Shown one piece after another: positions 45,373 through 51,755 of a stretch of DNA of 51,755 nucleotides (the first letter of the stretch is position 1; every line of letters starts with the position of its first letter). The position numbers and the translations under genes were made by a program. The DNA is from Nemertoderma westbladi (lineage: Eukaryota > Animalia > Xenacoelomorpha): the NCBI GenBank assembly GCA_032718475.1, contig JAUCBJ010001950.1:1-51755 (forward strand), read 5' to 3'. The notes below the pieces were generated by a model. That model worked only from the letters and a program-made list of their open reading frames with translations, did not search any database and was not told the DNA's origin.

Positions 45373-48300
45373 ATGTCTGATACTAAGCAGAACCTGTCAG
45401 ACAGTTTATTAGATGTAACTATCTGCGACTCAGATAGAGACGTACAACCGTCTGGTCGTAAATCCAGTTCACCTCCCACTGTGAGGAAGGTCATCCCTCC
45501 AGTAGTAATAACAGAACCTAGGCTAGTCCAACATCGTAGGTCTATCATAGGCACCCGAGCTCAGGTCAAGCGGGACCAAGAAGCAGCGGAACAGCAACAA
45601 CCCGCTAGTCAAGAACTTATTCCTCAGCGGCCCAGCAGCTCCAGTAGTGAGGATACTGTAGAGCTGACACCCGAGCGCGGAGCAGAGATGACGGATGCGG
45701 TTTATACGGATCCCCTTCTCATCTTTCCTGCAGCCGTACTCACTAGGTTATTGATCGCGGTGGAAGAACACCAGATCGATTGGGCGAGGAGTCAACGATC
45801 AACTAGAGATAGTTATGCGGGGTACACGAGGGAAGAATTGAAGTCTATTGTCGAGTCGCAATGGAACTTCCCCGGACCCGGACTCCCGTTTGATTTATCA
45901 GAAGCTGCCTGGGAAGACATACACCGGATGGGAGTAGCCAAGGAAACCATCGATCCAGCTGTATGGAAGAGGTCCGCAGCCGGATACGCACAGGGATTCT
46001 TCAGCTCTATGGAGCGAGTAGAAAGACAACTATTTAAACAACCTCAAGGACCTCAAGAGCAGGAACAGCTGCTTTATCAAGTTAGAGAAAGAGTTCTGCG
46101 AATTAGGCTAATCTTATCCGCCTTTGAGGAGGCTTCTAAAAGAAGACAAGACACGTCGTTGCAAGTTGCCGTAAAGACTTGGCTTCAAAGGGTGAGACGC
46201 CAGGTTCAAGGAGCAGCTCAGTGGAAAGCTCAGTTGGAGGAGCGCTCAACCCATGGAGAATCGACGGACGCTACTTTTTCCCAAGTGGAAAGTGAAGCGA
46301 CGGCAGAGAAACCGCATAAGAAGGATGCCATTGATATCTATCTGTCAGACTATCAGCGTTTTTTGGGAGATGAAGAGTTGAGGAGAAGGCTAGAGGGACT
46401 TAGCCCTAATAGCCAAGGAGCCAAACTCGTGTTAGATGCGATTGATGTGGATAGGTTAGCGGCGAACCAAGCTAAATTCGATGAACAACTCCGCATCGCT
46501 AGAGAAAAGGAAGAACAAGTAAGGAAAAAACGTATAGAAGATAGAAAGACAGCAGCAGCGGCAGTGGCAGCGGCAGAAGTGGAAAGAAAGGCAGCAGAGG
46601 CGGCGGCAGAAAAGAAAGCGGCAGCGGCAGAAGCGGAAAGGAAAGCGGCAGCGGCAGAAGCGGAAAGAAAGATAGCAGTGGCAGAAGCAGAACGGAGGGC
46701 ATCTGAAGAGACAACCCAACTAGAGTTGGAAAATCTTCAAGAGAGGCAAGATAACTTTAATAAACAGTTAACAGCTAGTAATATGCAGATGATGAATCGA
46801 TCTACTCCCAAACGACAAGGTTATACATCATCTGAGGAAGGCGATACCACCGACGCTGAAGGCGGAGGAAATCGATCCCGCCTAAGCAGACGTAAAAGAA
46901 CATTCCATCGTCAGAAATTGCCTGATTTGCCTCCAGCTGTTAGAAGGCAACTAAATAACACCAACTTAGAGAGTACAGAACCCACAGACCAAATAATTAC
47001 AATAGAAAGACTCCCTACTATAGTAGATGAGCCTGAAATAAGTAGGCCTGTTCTTGAAATCACCCCTTCGGTAATAGACACACCTGTGCTCTCTGAAGCT
47101 ACCTATAAATTCCCTCTGCATAGCACTAAGCTACCTGTGCCCCGTAGAACTGCCCAGGAGACAGTTCAGGTCCTGGACCCCGAGCGAAATATTCCAAATT
47201 TGTCGCCCGTTGTCCCTCGTCTGCCCGCTACGACGTTGGCGGATCCCGTTTCGGCGGTTGATTGGGTAGACGAGAGACGGCGGGGGATGGATATTCTCCT
47301 AGGAGAGATGAAGGAGAATCGGATACGCTCTTCCCAACAGGTCCGAGAGTTGGAAGGGACTGTCCAACATTTAAAAGGAACGGTGAGGGAAAGTAAGTTA
47401 GAGTTGCAAGAAGTGCAGCAAAGTATCGCGTTAGAACGCGATAAATTAGTAAACTTAAAAAAGGGTATACCACCACCCTCTGTAACAATGTGTCAACCCG
47501 TTAGGTCTGAAGTATCTCATGCGCAAGGTGTGGAGCCTACACGCATCTATACTGCTAGCGAAGTAGAAACTCCTATAGTGAACCCTATTAAGGGTAATTA
47601 TAGACCTGTTGATAGTGATATTCCTTATAGACCGGATCATAGTCCGAGAAATTTATATACCGATAACTCGATATTAAATAGCACGATGGCCCAAGAAAGT
47701 TTTACGCGTCAAATGGCTAGAACCGAAGCCCGGCAAGCGGTAAAGGTTGGAGAGATCGTCAAGTTCAATGGAGATGAGATGAAATGGTTACCTTTTAATG
47801 AATATTACAAAGATAACATACAGAACTCTGTACTATCTAATGGAGAAAAACTTAGATACCTCATCGAGTGCTTGGAAGGATCTCCCAAGTTAATGGCGTT
47901 AAAGTTTATTGGACATCCAGACGGATTAAGACAAGTTTGGGATACACTAAACATCAGGTATGGTAATAGGAATAATATCGCTGGGTACTTGTATGCAAAG
48001 TTAGTAGCGCCCCGAAAGTTTATTAGTAGCGGAATTATCGAGTTTTCCGATGAGATCCAGGAGATCTGCAGACAATTAGATTGGCTAGGTAAGTCTCATG
48101 AGTATCAGAACACTATGGTTATTAGAGCAGTGGCTTCTACTTTACCTAAAGGTGGAGTAGGTACACGCTGGGATAAGAAAGTGTTATATATGATGGAACA
48201 ACAACGGCGAGACCCTACCATGGCTGATCTCATGTCATTCCTGGATGGAGAAGTGAAATTACAGCTCCTGAAACTGTCTAGGGAGAAAACACCGGAAAAC

Positions 48301-48627
48301 AAGGTAAGTGAAAAACCCGTCTCTAGGAGAAAAATAACACCAGTATGTTATACCGATGACGGCGAAAGCCAGACTTCTCAAGGAGAAGATAGCGGGAAGG
48401 ACACGGATAGATCTTATTACGTGAATAAAATGCCTAAAGATCAGGTAAGTAAATTCAAGTCTCGAACAAATGACAGGAGGGAACAGGTAAGAAAAACTCC
48501 TCCCACGTCTCCCAAGATAATTCAGGTGAGAAAGCCCGAAGAAAAGGCAAGTGTACACAATGTGACTCAAAATAAGGTAAGTAACATCAAACCAAATGTG
48601 CGCTGTGCGACGGGACCCACCATTTGA
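45373..48627 (+). CDS. gag: BEL/Pao Gag (long N-terminal extension)
   Basis: KFNGDEMKWLPF, EKLRYLIECLEG and LNIRYG motifs (DUF1759-like); coiled-coil AEAERK repeats. Confidence 0.9.
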   Translation: MSDTKQNLSDSLLDVTICDSDRDVQPSGRKSSSPPTVRKVIPPVVITEPRLVQHRRSIIGTRAQVKRDQEAAEQQQPASQELIPQRPSSSSSEDTVELTPERGAEMTDAVYTDPLLIFPAAVLTRLLIAVEEHQIDWARSQRSTRDSYAGYTREELKSIVESQWNFPGPGLPFDLSEAAWEDIHRMGVAKETIDPAVWKRSAAGYAQGFFSSMERVERQLFKQPQGPQEQEQLLYQVRERVLRIRLILSAFEEASKRRQDTSLQVAVKTWLQRVRRQVQGAAQWKAQLEERSTHGESTDATFSQVESEATAEKPHKKDAIDIYLSDYQRFLGDEELRRRLEGLSPNSQGAKLVLDAIDVDRLAANQAKFDEQLRIAREKEEQVRKKRIEDRKTAAAAVAAAEVERKAAEAAAEKKAAAAEAERKAAAAEAERKIAVAEAERRASEETTQLELENLQERQDNFNKQLTASNMQMMNRSTPKRQGYTSSEEGDTTDAEGGGNRSRLSRRKRTFHRQKLPDLPPAVRRQLNNTNLESTEPTDQIITIERLPTIVDEPEISRPVLEITPSVIDTPVLSEATYKFPLHSTKLPVPRRTAQETVQVLDPERNIPNLSPVVPRLPATTLADPVSAVDWVDERRRGMDILLGEMKENRIRSSQQVRELEGTVQHLKGTVRESKLELQEVQQSIALERDKLVNLKKGIPPPSVTMCQPVRSEVSHAQGVEPTRIYTASEVETPIVNPIKGNYRPVDSDIPYRPDHSPRNLYTDNSILNSTMAQESFTRQMARTEARQAVKVGEIVKFNGDEMKWLPFNEYYKDNIQNSVLSNGEKLRYLIECLEGSPKLMALKFIGHPDGLRQVWDTLNIRYGNRNNIAGYLYAKLVAPRKFISSGIIEFSDEIQEICRQLDWLGKSHEYQNTMVIRAVASTLPKGGVGTRWDKKVLYMMEQQRRDPTMADLMSFLDGEVKLQLLKLSREKTPENKVSEKPVSRRKITPVCYTDDGESQTSQGEDSGKDTDRSYYVNKMPKDQVSKFKSRTNDRREQVRKTPPTSPKIIQVRKPEEKASVHNVTQNKVSNIKPNVRCATGPTI

Positions 48628-51600
48628 ATAGGTGTGATGAATTTCTAAAGAAATCATTAACGGAGAGACGCGAAGTCATGTGGGATAAGCGGTTATGTTA
48701 TAATTGCCTCAGACAAGGACACCAACGGCGAACCTGTTTCTCTGACATAAGGTGTGCAAAGTGTGGTGCGAAACATCATATCTTGTTGCACGCTGAATTC
48801 GATCGAAATAGTACGAATCAGGTAAGTGATTCCGAGCTACATGTCCAATTCAGTGATGTGAACGACACTGATCAATCTGAGATGGAAGGATTCTATACAG
48901 ATGAGTTCTCCGACGAAAACGAATCCTGTTACATGATAAATACCGCAGTGTATCGAGCACTCACATATGAAAAAGATACAGACAACGACTTCACTCTAAC
49001 TACTTCTGAAAGACAACCATCTTGGAAAGAGCCATCTTCCAATGTAGGGATCCGAGAGTTTCCTGTGGTGCAAGTAAGGGTTCACGGACCTGAGAGGAGT
49101 TATGTAGTAAACGCCCTCCTGGACTCCGGCAGCACAGGAACATTCATCGATAAAGAGTTAGCCGAAGATATATTTGCTGGACAACCCAAGTTCCAAACTA
49201 AGCTCAACATGTCAGGCATTATGCAAGTTTGGAAATCTACAATAACAGCTGATTATTATGTAGGAGCATTGTCCACCCCCCAGGACGAATTAGGAGGAAA
49301 CAGCATAAGGTCAGTGAAAATGGTGGCTATAAAGAACTTCGCTACTACTCAAGCAGACCTTTATAATTGGGACGAGGATGAGAGCATCCAACATCTTAAC
49401 ATACCTCGATTCCAGACTGATTATCCTGGAGTGCAAATACTCATCGGCCAAAACGCGCATGAGGCGCTGGAGACGTTAGAGAAACGGCCTGCTCAACCGC
49501 AGCCCCTACAGACCTATGCGGTAAGAACTAGAGTAGGTTGGTACTTTACTGGCCCTTCCCGTAGAACACTCAGAGAAAGACTACCGCAAGAGAGAGTCTG
49601 CCAGGTGAGTGAATGGGAAGATGATACTAGTGAAGGAGACGATTCAACTGAGGGAATTCCATACTCCTCAGATAACGACGACGTTCACCAGCTTTTTGAT
49701 GAGGAGAATACCATCGATCTCCTTAAGGAAAACGAGGCTTGGCAAAACCAAGTTAACTTATGTCAACTTCTCTATCCATCTGAACGAGAAGCTTATAACG
49801 ACGAGTTAAATGACGTCATTGAACGTTGCAATGCCAAGACTCGAGATGAACATGCTGTACGATTCTTTACGCAAGAGGCGGTAGAGCCCAATTCCTACGA
49901 TAAAGCCGTGTCGGTGGAAGAGGAAAGGGCCAAGCAGATCCAAGAGACAACTACGCGTTTCCTCAAAGATCAAGGAAGATACGAAGTCGGTTTACCTTTT
50001 CGCAAGAGAGAACCGAAGTTCATCAATAATAGACCCCTGGCGGAAAAAAGAATCGCGCAACTCCATCGACGCCTTACGGCTAATTCTTCAGCGAAAGCAA
50101 TGTATCAAACGCAGCTGGAAAAATTTATTAATAAGGGATACGCGGAGAGGGTACCGGAAGAAACACCTGTGACTGAAAGAACGTATTATTTAACTCACCA
50201 TTACGTTCCTAAACCCGGCAAACCAAATGAAGTGAGAGTAGTGTTTGATGGCTCCGCTCTTTACATGGGTCAATCCCTTAACTCTGAATTGTTACCTGGA
50301 CCCAACTTGCTTCAATCTTTGTTGGGAATTCTTTTAAGATTGAGACAATATTCGATTGCTTTCGCCTCCGATATAGAAGGCATGTTCTTACAAGTCAAGG
50401 TGTTAGATAGGGATCGAGATAGTCTACGATTTCTGTGGTGGCCCGAAGGAGACCTCAACCAGAAACCGGTGGAGTACTGGATGACCATCCAGGCCTTTGG
50501 GATAATCTCAAGCCCTTCCAACGCCTGTTCGGTAGTGCGTACTACTGCAGAGGACAACAGAGAGGCCTTCTCTAAGGAAGTGATCGACAACATCAAGAGA
50601 GACATATACATGGACGACAATCTGAAGTCCCTTCCATCAGTTGAGGAAGCCATTGAGGTCGCTAAGGGAACGGTAGAGTGCTTAAAAAGAGGTGGGTTTC
50701 GATTAACCAAATTCACCAGCAACTCCCGTGAGTTTCTGGAGTCGATCCCTGCGGAAGATCGCGGAGCGAAAGATCTCGATTTGATCAAAGATGATCTGCC
50801 AGAAACCAAGACACTCGGCTTGAAATGGGACACAGAGAGAGATATCCTGTTTTTCCAACTAAAACAGCGAGATAATCCTGTTCGAACCAAACGGATTTGC
50901 TTAAGTATACTGAGCACTTATTTCGATCCATTGGGATTTATTAGCCCAGTTATATTGATTGCTCGAAGTTTGGTACAACAAATGTGGCTTGAAAACCACT
51001 CATGGGACGATCCACTTAAGGGGGAATTACTGAAGCAGTGGATGAAATGGGAAGATTCTCTGCCAGCCATCGAGGATTTTATAATTTCCCGTTCATATTT
51101 TGGTCATGTTCTCCCTACGTATTCCTATCAACTCCATGTGTTTGGAGACGCCAGCGATATGGGAATCGGTATAGTAGCCTACCTAAGAGTGGAAACTCCG
51201 GATGGAATCAAAGTCGCCTTGGTTACTTCTAAGGCATTAATCAACAACAAGTTGAAAGTTCCTCGAGCGGAGTTAAAGGCGGCTCTATACGCTACAGCCA
51301 TCGGCCGGAATGTAACCGAGCAGATTGACTATCCATTAGAGAAAACTGTCTATTGGACCGACGCTTTACTCGTGTTAGAGTATATAACCAATGAAGTCTG
51401 TCAGTTCAGCGTCTTCGTTACCAACAGGGTAGCCATCATACTTAGTCGCACGACGATGGACCAATGGAGACATTGCCCCGGAACGATTAATCCAGCAGAC
51501 ATCGCGTCCCGAGGAGCGACTCCCAAGGAATTGGTAAATACTCCCGAATGGTTAGGAGGACCCGACTTTCTCTACAGAGAAGAAGAAGAATGGCCTCCCC

Positions 51601-51755
51601 ATCTCACAACAGCAGAGATCAGACAGGCCAAGGGAGCGGAGAAAGTTAAACCCAAAACTCGAGCGAGTAAATCGAAGTTGTTTAAACCTGCGGTTGATCT
51701 ATCTGTATTATTTACTTCCGGAGAGGATGCTTTGGATCAGAAACCCATCGCCACG
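48585..51755 (+). CDS. pol: BEL/Pao Gag zinc knuckles + Pol (protease, RT, RNase H), partial; -1 frame relative to gag
   Basis: CALCDGTHHLNRC, CYNCLRQGH..C, CAKCGAKHHILLH; ALLDSGS at 49113; YMDD at 50607; LHVFGDAS at 51132; NPADIASRG at 51489; all in one frame. Confidence 0.92.

Larger units (their letters stand above)
41909..51755 (+). mobile_element. BEL/Pao LTR retrotransposon copy B; runs off right edge
   Basis: LTR-like start TGTAAAAGC, long leader, Gag with DUF1759-like core, three Zn knuckles, protease, RT and RNase H in Pao order. Confidence 0.93.

Noticed and set aside
50312-50917. 201-aa minus-strand ORF
   Set aside because: Antisense to the RT domain; no motifs of its own.

Overview
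Eukaryotic (animal-like, probably invertebrate) repeat-rich genomic DNA, not prokaryotic. The centrepiece is a complete 16.7-kb Polinton/Maverick (adintovirus-like) provirus at 9891-26635, with AGTAGT termini, ~680-bp terminal inverted repeats (TIRs) and a perfect 6-bp target-site duplication (AATAGC). It carries the usual core genes: protein-primed PolB, packaging ATPase, chromodomain integrase, two tandem pentons, core-like proteins, major capsid protein and adenain-like protease. Several of these have single lesions. It also carries unusual host-like cargo: an intact minimal GTSF1/Asterix-like double CHHC zinc-finger gene (a piRNA/PIWI cofactor family) in a cassette inside a duplicated part of the right inverted repeat, an intact TBP-fold gene, and a 570-aa ORF with a possible PC4-like module. 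Two divergently oriented copies of one BEL/Pao LTR retrotransposon family occupy the window edges (1-5455 minus; 41909-end plus). The left copy is preceded by a PPT-like tract, zinc-knuckle accessory ORFs and a 33-bp tandem array. One host gene (LMO7/LIMCH1/Smallish-like, minus strand, at least 2 exons) has its last codons plus stop amplified about 40-fold into a 41-bp 3' tandem array. MITE, SINE, RTE-LINE and DNA-transposon fragments fill the rest. All family assignments come from motif recognition by eye; no searches were run.
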